From: Escherichia phage MN04
Length of the DNA stretch: 64,000 nt
Strand: one strand, 5' to 3'
Sequence record: MT129654.1
A program made the translations under genes and the position numbers. Shown here piece after piece: positions 56,006 to 64,000 of the stretch; position 1 is the first letter of the stretch, and each line of letters opens with the position of its first letter. The notes under the pieces are model-generated. The model saw only the letters and a program-made list of their open reading frames with translations, searched no databases and had not been told where the DNA came from.

Positions 56006-59000
56006 TTATTTTAACAATGATTTAACTAAAGCTTTAAGTTCTTCAATCTCTGATTTCAATTCTGTTATTTCGGCAGTATGCTCATTGATTGCAGCTGTAT
56101 TTAAACCAATTACACCGTTATAGTTCAAACGAAGTAAAGCTTCACTATTAGGGTCACCTTCAACCAATTCAGGTAAAATAGCTTGAACTTCTTGGGCAAT
56201 TAAACCAGCATTAGGTTCCCATTTCTGATTACCTTCCTCATCTAGGCCTCGCTTCTGCATATAAGTGTAACCGTTAATTTTAGAAAGCTTCTGAGAAGCA
56301 TTTTCAAATTTAACAAGGTCTTTTTTAACGCGAATATCAGAACGAACATAAACATCACGGACATATGTAGAATAGGCATCACTTTGTTGGATTAAATGAC
56401 CAAAAGAAATAATAGCCCTTCCTGTTTCGGTCCACAAAGCACCGGTGGTATCCCAAAGACCTTGATGGATATGGTAAGAGCTAGACCAAGATGCAATATG
56501 CATACCATTGGCAACCATATTGATTCGGCCATCACCGCCGTGTGATAATCCTGTGTCATTATCACCAATAGCAATACTAGGAGAGCCTAATCCGTTAACA
56601 GTTCCAACACCAATGGCAGGAGTCTGGACTAAAGTCGGGGCGTAAAATAAACCGCTAGAGTGGAATTCGAAAATACCTACAGGACCGTCGCCACGCTCGG
56701 CATTACCTACTCGAATTATCGCTTGTCCCCATGCTTGTGGAGTACGACGCATGCCTAATTCAACAGAAGTAGTATAACCCTGACCACTAATTACAGATCG
56801 GCCTTTAATAATGGGATAATAACTGTCTTCACCCACACTACCAAACTCAAGGAAATAAGGTGCTTCTAAGCCCCATTGGTCACCCCATGCACCAGATTTA
56901 TGTGCAATCCAGTTGGAACCGTTCATATAAATACGGTCTCGGTTTACATTGAATACTGAAGCACCTTGTGGAGATAAAACAACCTCACCATTATGGGTGA
57001 TATTAATACCACCTTGGGATTGGAAGCTCCAGAAGGCTAAACCGTTATCAGCACCACCATTACCTACATACCAGTTATCAACACCACCTTTTTTACCCTT
57101 AACATAACCAGCTTCATCTGCCGGATAATCAATAACAATAGCGTCTGAATTGGTTTTAAGAGTTAAGCGGCCTGTCATTGTGTCCCCGCCTTTACCAACA
57201 CGAGTATTCACCGCTGCGTCAAGGTTAGTAGCACCGCTATACTTGTTCCAAATAGAACCTGCAATATTACCATCAGTATTCATGAAAGCTGTACCGGCAT
57301 ATAAGCGGTTCTGAGCCATGAAGTTACCTTCTTTGGTAAAGCGCCAATATTTTAATCCTGTAGCATCACCATCACCAAGCAAATCACCTTGAGCAACAAT
57401 TCGATATTCACTTGTAGCTCGGTCCATACCTTGAGTAACAGTTACGTTCGAATCAATATTTTTCTGCTTAGTAATAGGGTAAAATGCTTGAGTTGCAGCA
57501 TCGAGCGTTTGATATACCAGAGCTTTAGTCGTGTTCTGGTTGGCATAAGATGCACCGTTACTATTAGGGAATTCTAATGCACCATTACCCCTAAAATAAA
57601 CCTGGTCTGCTTCTAAGTTAGGGATTTTAACCCGACCGGTGTCTAACATAATACTTAATGGGCGTAATGGACCCAATCCGCCACTTTCACCAGCATTAAC
57701 ATTGGTTGGGATAATATGTAGCTGGTCTTCTGAATTTCGAAAAATAACACCATACTTATCATTCCAAATACGAAGACCACTAGCAGCGCGGACTTTAATT
57801 TCATTGGAAACATATAGATTGCGTTTTAAAGATGTATCTTGACTGACAGACAATCCTTCGACGATGTTCATCGTGCCGTTTAAATAAGATTCGACTTTAC
57901 CTGCCGTATTTCGTTGAATATAGTGCATCCAGCCGGTAGCATCAGATGTTTCCAATACGTTTTTACGAGAACCACCTACCGTATTAAAAGTGTCACCCCA
58001 ACCTTTGAGCTCTATATTATCAACTGAACTATATCCTGAGGTACTTCCTTTAAAAAGCACAGTGGAAGCGTTACCACGACCGTCAATATTAACCGAACCA
58101 CCACGGACTTCAACGTTACCAGGAGTAACCAACAACCCACCATCAGTGTTAACGTTTGTTACACCTTTACCACGGAAATAATGGTGGTATTTACCACTCT
58201 GATGATAACCTAAAAGAGTCTGCCCATCACCAAAGCCGTTTTTATCATTAGTAGTATTAACAATAACTAATGGATAGTTTTGAGCTGTAGGAAGAATTAA
58301 ATCAGAACCGTTGGTTGAATAACCCGCAACTAACTGTTTAAGGCTTGTAACTTCAGTCGGAGTTGTAAGTAAAGTATAAGCTCCATTATTAACTGTATGG
58401 AACTGGCCGTCTTGTTTCCATTTCAAACCTGTGTTATTGTCACCAAGAGCAATTGAAGCCGTCCCTAATTCAGAATATCCTTTAGGGCCACCTGGAAGAC
58501 CTACAGAAATAGAATGACCGGCTTTCAATCCACCTGCCCAGTTAAACGACAAAATATAAGTGTCTAAGCCATCTCCGGAATACCAGGCTATTCCGTCATT
58601 AACATTAACTTCGTGGAAAATACCTGCTCCTACAGCATTTCGCATAACACGGAGGTGGTTAATAGCCGTTTCGCTTTCTGCCAATGGAGTGTTATTTGAT
58701 AATGAAGATATATCGTAATCGCCGGCGGCTTTACCGTCGGTAATAACTTTATTAGTATAAATTATTGGAGATTTTACCGATGTTCCACCAGAAATAGATG
58801 GAGCATAAAATAAACCGTCACCGTTGAATGCAAAAATATTAGATGTTGAATTAGTGTAATCCTGAACACGAACATTTAAGATTTGCTTGGTATCCCCAGC
58901 ACGGTTTTGAGAATAAATTATGCCTCTTTCACGCGCATCAGCCAAATCCTGGAATCGAACGTGGGTAGTTCCTGCACCCCGTACAAGAACTTCACCGTTA

Positions 59001-59320
59001 TCTGTCATTAGGCGAGATTTTGCTGTGATATCACCATTTGCTGTTATACTTCCGGATGTCGTATAACTACCTGTTTGGGTAAAAGCACCCTTCAGGGCAT
59101 AATCGCCGGTCTGGTTGTAGTTACCGTTATGAATAACGTTTCCGTCGATATTACCACCTTTAGCAAAGCCAAGGTCGATAATCGCTCCAGTGTCATCTTT
59201 GGTAAATAACAAACGGTCTTTTAAGTTAATAGCCAGCTCGCCTTCAGCCAACTGCGCTGGCGTAGGACGTACACCAGCTACTTTACTTCTTTTAAATTGT
59301 ATCTGTTTTAAAGTAGCCAT
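56006..59320 (-). CDS. 37: long tail fibre distal subunit gp37
   Basis: 1104 aa; [36 protein letters not shown] matches the recalled T4 gp37 N-terminus; C-terminal intramolecular-chaperone-like domain. Confidence 0.9.
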   Translation of the reverse strand: MATLKQIQFKRSKVAGVRPTPAQLAEGELAINLKDRLLFTKDDTGAIIDLGFAKGGNIDGNVIHNGNYNQTGDYALKGAFTQTGSYTTSGSITANGDITAKSRLMTDNGEVLVRGAGTTHVRFQDLADARERGIIYSQNRAGDTKQILNVRVQDYTNSTSNIFAFNGDGLFYAPSISGGTSVKSPIIYTNKVITDGKAAGDYDISSLSNNTPLAESETAINHLRVMRNAVGAGIFHEVNVNDGIAWYSGDGLDTYILSFNWAGGLKAGHSISVGLPGGPKGYSELGTASIALGDNNTGLKWKQDGQFHTVNNGAYTLLTTPTEVTSLKQLVAGYSTNGSDLILPTAQNYPLVIVNTTNDKNGFGDGQTLLGYHQSGKYHHYFRGKGVTNVNTDGGLLVTPGNVEVRGGSVNIDGRGNASTVLFKGSTSGYSSVDNIELKGWGDTFNTVGGSRKNVLETSDATGWMHYIQRNTAGKVESYLNGTMNIVEGLSVSQDTSLKRNLYVSNEIKVRAASGLRIWNDKYGVIFRNSEDQLHIIPTNVNAGESGGLGPLRPLSIMLDTGRVKIPNLEADQVYFRGNGALEFPNSNGASYANQNTTKALVYQTLDAATQAFYPITKQKNIDSNVTVTQGMDRATSEYRIVAQGDLLGDGDATGLKYWRFTKEGNFMAQNRLYAGTAFMNTDGNIAGSIWNKYSGATNLDAAVNTRVGKGGDTMTGRLTLKTNSDAIVIDYPADEAGYVKGKKGGVDNWYVGNGGADNGLAFWSFQSQGGINITHNGEVVLSPQGASVFNVNRDRIYMNGSNWIAHKSGAWGDQWGLEAPYFLEFGSVGEDSYYPIIKGRSVISGQGYTTSVELGMRRTPQAWGQAIIRVGNAERGDGPVGIFEFHSSGLFYAPTLVQTPAIGVGTVNGLGSPSIAIGDNDTGLSHGGDGRINMVANGMHIASWSSSYHIHQGLWDTTGALWTETGRAIISFGHLIQQSDAYSTYVRDVYVRSDIRVKKDLVKFENASQKLSKINGYTYMQKRGLDEEGNQKWEPNAGLIAQEVQAILPELVEGDPNSEALLRLNYNGVIGLNTAAINEHTAEITELKSEIEELKALVKSLLK

Positions 59321-59328
59321 AATGCCTC

Positions 59329-59976
59329 TTAATAATAACCAAAATCTTGAATAGAATCTTTTTGAACAATCTGGTCAAAGCGAGGAACGTGTCCTGCACC
59401 AGAGGCCGGATTCCGTGAAATAAAGTTAGGAGCCGCTAGCACTCCATCCATTATTTGCATGTCAGTATTATTTATTTGGACCTGTTTTGCGTTATCTACT
59501 AATGACAATCCAACTTGAGCTTTAGTAGGGGTGTTGCCTGGGCTGAATACGCGGCCTGATTCATCATATACTTGACGGAATAATGAATCACCCATTACGG
59601 TAAGACGTTTAGCCCCAACTGTTGTATTTGGGTCAAATATCATAAACGGAGTACCATCTTCCGTTTCATATCCAAAAGCACCTTTAATACGGAAAGAAGC
59701 TGTGAACGGAGCCCCGCCGGTTCTTGCTCCTAATTTAATACCATATCCATTAGTATCATTAAAGGTCAAACCTTTTTCAAAATACACGTTGTTCTTATAA
59801 TTACCGCCGTTAGCTTTTGAAACGAAATCGTTATCAACTGCTTGAGGTTTATTATACTCGGTGTAAACTTTATATGTTTTGTAAAGAAGGTCATTTGATA
59901 CAGGCGTTAAGGGGAAATTACCTTGGTGCCATAATACCGAACCTCCTGCTGTAGAACCTAATTTTAAATCTGCCAT
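59329..59976 (-). CDS. 36: long tail fibre subunit gp36
   Basis: 215 aa; MADLKLGSTAGGSVLWHQGNFPL...HVPRFDQIVQKDSIQDFGYY matches recalled T4 gp36 termini. Confidence 0.85.
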   Translation of the reverse strand: MADLKLGSTAGGSVLWHQGNFPLTPVSNDLLYKTYKVYTEYNKPQAVDNDFVSKANGGNYKNNVYFEKGLTFNDTNGYGIKLGARTGGAPFTASFRIKGAFGYETEDGTPFMIFDPNTTVGAKRLTVMGDSLFRQVYDESGRVFSPGNTPTKAQVGLSLVDNAKQVQINNTDMQIMDGVLAAPNFISRNPASGAGHVPRFDQIVQKDSIQDFGYY

Positions 59977-60033
59977 TTTGAGTTTCCTTTGGGAGTTATA
60001 GCCTTTTATATATATTTATGGCTGTAGAAAACG

Positions 60034-60058
60034 AAAAAAAGGAACCCGAAGGTTCCTT
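60034..60058 (-). terminator. intrinsic terminator after gene 35 (- strand)
   Basis: Reverse complement reads AAGGAACCTTCGGGTTCCTTTTTTT. Confidence 0.65.
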
Positions 60059-61178
60059 AATATTTTTCTCTAAATTCAGCGACCCAAACCTGACCAGGTT
60101 TAGTGCCTGTTTTATCATATAGCTGGGCTATGGTAGTACCCATATTTTTAGTTTCCGTACCAAAGTTCATACGAATACCGTTAACACCAAATTCAGCAGG
60201 TTTTGGCTGAGGTTCTGATTCAGATATCTCACCGAACATAACATTTCGAACTCCGCCTTGGCCAGCCGAAGCTGTTTTTCTGGCATAAAGGGTAAAGTCT
60301 GTAGTACCTTCAGGAACCATTACTACCCGTTCAAACGTCATCCATGCACCAGCAGGAACGTTGGAAGGAACGTCCATATTAACTGTCCCAGTTAAAGCAC
60401 CTGAAGCATTAAAAAATCTAACAGACATCTGAGAAGTCCCGACGTCTTTTAAAGCCTGGTCGCACATCATTTGAAACTTAAGGTAAAAGAATTCACCTGG
60501 TTTCATATTATAATCTGTTAATGGGGTAGTAGGAGATTCGGTGGGAAATCGCTTAATTTCATCTCCCTCATTGCTTAGATAAGTGCTTTCGTCTTCAACA
60601 ATTCTGACAGGATATCCTGTACCACCGACGTCGCTGATATCATCAAATACCACTTCTAATGGAGTAGAAACATCTTCGACAAGCACCCCATCATTATAAA
60701 GCACATGTTCCATTACTATAGCATTCCTTCCCGAAACATAAAATGCTGAATAAGACGGCTCGAAGCGGTCTATTAGCCATTTAGATGGAAATGCGGTACT
60801 TCCTGCTGCATGGAACCAATCGATAAGTTTTTGTGAAGCATTTAATCTACCGGAAGATACTAAACAAACTATTCTATTGGCTGGTATAGAATTTATATAC
60901 GTTATAAAAGCTTCAGAAATAACATCAAAATCTTTTGTAAAACTATAAGTTTTGTTAGCCACTATTTTGGGTTCAGCACTAACATCGATTTCTATAAGGT
61001 TTAATCCATTTTGAAAATTTTGGGAACCGAAGTTCCCATCTTGAAATTTAACATATGCCTTTGTGGTAGACTTAGTACAACTACCCGCTATACTAAGTTT
61101 ATACCTTACGGCATTGTTTTCAGATAATGTAGGAACCTGGACATATCCTTGTCCAAATTCTGCCATAAATCTTTCCAT
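60057..61178 (-). CDS. 35: long tail fibre hinge protein gp35
   Basis: 373 aa ORF in the conserved 34-35-36-37 order; size matches T4 gp35. Confidence 0.8.
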   Translation of the reverse strand: MERFMAEFGQGYVQVPTLSENNAVRYKLSIAGSCTKSTTKAYVKFQDGNFGSQNFQNGLNLIEIDVSAEPKIVANKTYSFTKDFDVISEAFITYINSIPANRIVCLVSSGRLNASQKLIDWFHAAGSTAFPSKWLIDRFEPSYSAFYVSGRNAIVMEHVLYNDGVLVEDVSTPLEVVFDDISDVGGTGYPVRIVEDESTYLSNEGDEIKRFPTESPTTPLTDYNMKPGEFFYLKFQMMCDQALKDVGTSQMSVRFFNASGALTGTVNMDVPSNVPAGAWMTFERVVMVPEGTTDFTLYARKTASAGQGGVRNVMFGEISESEPQPKPAEFGVNGIRMNFGTETKNMGTTIAQLYDKTGTKPGQVWVAEFREKY

Positions 61179-61186
61179 AATACCTC

Positions 61187-64000
61187 TTATTCAATCCACT
61201 CAAATTTAACGGATTTAGTGACCGGGTCAGGAATAATGCGAACGTTACCAATACGTAACCAATCAAGGATTGTAATGTTACCCATTGTAGCGTTATCAGC
61301 AGGCAATGCACCAACCTCTTCCGCAGAAGGAGGGTTATCTGCGGTATAGACCATAGAGAACGTAGTCCATGCGTTTTTATTTTTCTGCCAGGTGCGAGTA
61401 TAACGAATAGTACCACCATTCAATCCTGTAGGATAGCACACCCAATCCTGATAACATGAATCCAATGTATTACCAAACTGTGTTAACGTACCAGGATATT
61501 TAACTTCCTTATCACGAACAGAATAATCAAACCAAGTACCACGTAATTTCTGACCTGATGTACCGAGAACTTCGTCACCAAAACTACCGTCTTCGTTACG
61601 ATAACGAATAGCCGGGGAACTAAATGCACCCGTTTCTGTCAACCAACCAGAAGCATTCCATATCTCATCAGAAACACCTGCAGGTTTAGTTTGGACCGTA
61701 TCGATATTAACCTGACGTTTAGTTTTCATCGTCCAATAACCTGGGAACAGGTTAAATGTAGCCGAATCATTGATATCGACAGACCAGAAGCCAACTGTTT
61801 CTGCAGTAGGGGCCTGGGATGCTAATGTAGGTTTAACACCAACAGAGCGGACGTATTTTTGAGCAACCAAACCATTGTTTGCCGATACTTGCCCTGTAGA
61901 AACGATAGTACCTGAAGTAGTTACGTTTTGCAATGAAGACAGAGCAGAAGCATTTAGTGTGGTTGTAGAAACACCGTTAGAAGTGGTTATACCTGTGATA
62001 TTAGCATTCTTAGAAATACTAATGGAACCACTATTAACAGCAAAGTCACCAGTCGTATTAAAGGTCCAGTAGGAAGATTCTAAAGAACCCGGCGATGGAA
62101 GATAATGTATTTTAAAATCACGAGTTCCATCGTTTACAGTGCCTAAAGAGAATGTACCTTGCCCTAAACGTTGTTTAACAATAGGATGGAACTTGGCATC
62201 CGGGGTCGAATTTATCTCGGCAAAAATCGGAGCTAAAGTATCGCCTTGAGAGTTCCAAGTACCGGCACCTGACTGTGGTCCTACAAATTTAATAGATTTA
62301 CCTGAGCTAACAGATACATCATTTTTAAAAGTAGAATTCCCGGTTACTTCCAGAGAACCTAAAATAGTGTTGCCGGTAATATTAGCAGTACTAGAAGACA
62401 CCAGAGGAGCCGCCAGGTTCAATTGTTTGGTCAGGATTAAAGAACCATTAACCGTTTGGTCGACGTCTCTACGAATGAACTGAAGTGAATCCAGACCATC
62501 CAATTTCTCGGAGTTCACAGCCGTAGCATTTATAGGTAAAAAGTTCTGTAAAGTTTTATTCATCTCGTAAGATGAAACCGCATAACCTGTTTTAGGATAG
62601 TTGGCTGCATTCAGAACAGTATCGTCGTTCTCATAAAGGCCTGTACCTGAGTTAAATTTAACACCAGAACCGGTAACTTTATTTCCTGAGTAAGTCAAAG
62701 CACCTTCGGTCAATTTAACAAATCCACGACGAAGTGCAGTAGCTTCCCAAGTGGTTTCGGACTGTACTACATATTTTAAACCAGAAGGGCTTACAGCCAG
62801 AACTTTAGAAGTTCCTGCAGTGGTTTCGGTATTCGTTGCAACACGAATAATACCTTCAGAACTTTCAGTAGATTTTTTAGAGTGTAATTTCAAAGGAGTG
62901 ATGATGGTTTTGTCATCAGTGCCAACATTGACTTCGGTCTGGGTAGCCAGACGAGCGGTACCACGTTGGGTCTCATTTGCTTCTCTAATATCTAGTGTAT
63001 AATGGTTCCATAAGGTTCCTGATTCAATCAAACCGCTGGCTGCTGAGACAGAAGTTCTAGCAGTATCATTAAGTCTTGTTTTAATTTTCAACGGAGTTGA
63101 AATAACATTATCTAACGTACCAGCATCAAATTCTGCTTGGGTTGCAATTCTAGCAATACCAGTCAATCCTTCCGTAGCTTTCCTGTCATTTAACGTTTTA
63201 GGCGTTACCGCACGAGTATAATCTGTTCCAGTATCGGTCTCTACTTGCGTAGCAATTTCAATTAACCCTGTACGAGTATCAAGAGCCACACGGGCATGCA
63301 ACGTTTCAGGAGAAACCGCACTGTTAGCAAATCCGCTAGCAGACTGTCCAGTATTAACTTCTGACTGGGTAGAAAGATATACTGTACCTTGTTGGGCTTG
63401 AGTAGCTTTATATTGGTCAAGTGCTTTAGGAGAAATAACCAAATTGCCTACGTTCTTATTATAAACGTTAGTACCTACAGTGTCCCTAGCAGTCGCAGGA
63501 GTGGTGTCCACCGTAGAGGTATATTTTACAATACCTGAAAGACTTTCAGTGCCCTGGCGCGTCTGTAGCTTCTTAGGAGTAATAATGGTGGTATCGTCAA
63601 CACCAGCATCAGTTTCCTGTTGCGTAGCAATTTCAGCTACACCACGACGAGTTTCGGTTGCAGTACGTTCGTTTAATTTCTTAGGAGAAATAATCAAATC
63701 GTCCTGGAATGCGAAGGTTGTGTCCTGGTTCACCTGAGCAGTAGTAGCAATACGAGCAATACCACGACGAGTTTCAGTGGCAACACGATTGGCTAAAGTC
63801 TGCGGAGTAATTGCAAGTTCTTTTTCAGGATTATTTTCATGGTCGACGTTTGCCTGGGTCTGAGACGCAAGGGCAATAACACCTAGACGAGCACGAGTTA
63901 AATCATCCTTAGAATCAACACGTTCTACCGTAGGAACGTTCTGAGCAACAACCCAATATTTACCACCTGTAGTGGTGTCTTCGATATAACTCAGTTCAAT
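61187..64000 (-). CDS. 34: long tail fibre proximal subunit gp34 (partial; N-terminus beyond the window)
   Basis: C-terminus GTLTQFGNTLDS..YQDW..YPT...ALP.DNATMGN.TI.D.LRIGNVRI.PDPV.K.VKFEW.E and internal PKKLNERTATETRRGVAEIATQQET repeats match recalled T4 gp34; the frame is still open at the window edge. Confidence 0.85.
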   Translation of the reverse strand: MELSYIEDTTTGGKYWVVAQNVPTVERVDSKDDLTRARLGVIALASQTQANVDHENNPEKELAITPQTLANRVATETRRGIARIATTAQVNQDTTFAFQDDLIISPKKLNERTATETRRGVAEIATQQETDAGVDDTTIITPKKLQTRQGTESLSGIVKYTSTVDTTPATARDTVGTNVYNKNVGNLVISPKALDQYKATQAQQGTVYLSTQSEVNTGQSASGFANSAVSPETLHARVALDTRTGLIEIATQVETDTGTDYTRAVTPKTLNDRKATEGLTGIARIATQAEFDAGTLDNVISTPLKIKTRLNDTARTSVSAASGLIESGTLWNHYTLDIREANETQRGTARLATQTEVNVGTDDKTIITPLKLHSKKSTESSEGIIRVATNTETTAGTSKVLAVSPSGLKYVVQSETTWEATALRRGFVKLTEGALTYSGNKVTGSGVKFNSGTGLYENDDTVLNAANYPKTGYAVSSYEMNKTLQNFLPINATAVNSEKLDGLDSLQFIRRDVDQTVNGSLILTKQLNLAAPLVSSSTANITGNTILGSLEVTGNSTFKNDVSVSSGKSIKFVGPQSGAGTWNSQGDTLAPIFAEINSTPDAKFHPIVKQRLGQGTFSLGTVNDGTRDFKIHYLPSPGSLESSYWTFNTTGDFAVNSGSISISKNANITGITTSNGVSTTTLNASALSSLQNVTTSGTIVSTGQVSANNGLVAQKYVRSVGVKPTLASQAPTAETVGFWSVDINDSATFNLFPGYWTMKTKRQVNIDTVQTKPAGVSDEIWNASGWLTETGAFSSPAIRYRNEDGSFGDEVLGTSGQKLRGTWFDYSVRDKEVKYPGTLTQFGNTLDSCYQDWVCYPTGLNGGTIRYTRTWQKNKNAWTTFSMVYTADNPPSAEEVGALPADNATMGNITILDWLRIGNVRIIPDPVTKSVKFEWIE

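Noticed and set aside
59977-60033. Late promoter for gene 36 (- strand reads CATAAATATATATAAAAGG)
   Set aside because: Only near-matches (ATAAATAT, TATATAAA) to TATAAATA; left uncalled.
1-64000. tRNA or other structured RNA genes
   Set aside because: The window is almost entirely protein-coding and I saw no cloverleaf-like candidate in the short intergenic gaps; a systematic scan (tRNAscan/Infernal) was not possible, so this is absence of evidence only.

Overview
This window is a T4-like (Tevenvirinae) phage segment; the proteins resemble T4 at roughly 60-85% and look closest to the RB69 type, judged from recalled T4/RB69 sequences with no database search. The + strand carries a densely packed early/middle region: nrdC, gene 49, gene 55, the replication-recombination core 47-46-45-44-62-regA-43, then uvsX, 41, dmd, 61, 56, soc, modB/modA, dda, dexA, a fused gene 39, rIIA, rIIB, ndd, stp, 52, motA and asiA. 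The - strand from about 54.5 kb carries late genes: holin t, a T2-type gp38 adhesin, and long-tail-fibre genes 37, 36, 35 and 34 (34 truncated by the window end). The most interesting locus is 19.2-23.4 kb, where T4 has 42 and beta-gt: here a fused nucleotidyltransferase-kinase, a HAD phosphatase, a P-loop kinase, a divergent dCMP-hydroxymethylase-family enzyme and a 297-aa ORF sit together, and no alpha-gt is present between 55 and 47. I read this as a candidate pathway for an unusual hydroxymethyl-pyrimidine DNA modification, but that is inference from motifs and synteny. At least 19 composite early-promoter/stem-loop cassettes (PeSL-like) are dispersed through the window, with middle (MotA-box) and late (TATAAATA) promoters and several intrinsic terminators. 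Small hypothetical ORFs are called from gene packing and Shine-Dalgarno context only, and all functional names rest on motif recognition and recalled homology.
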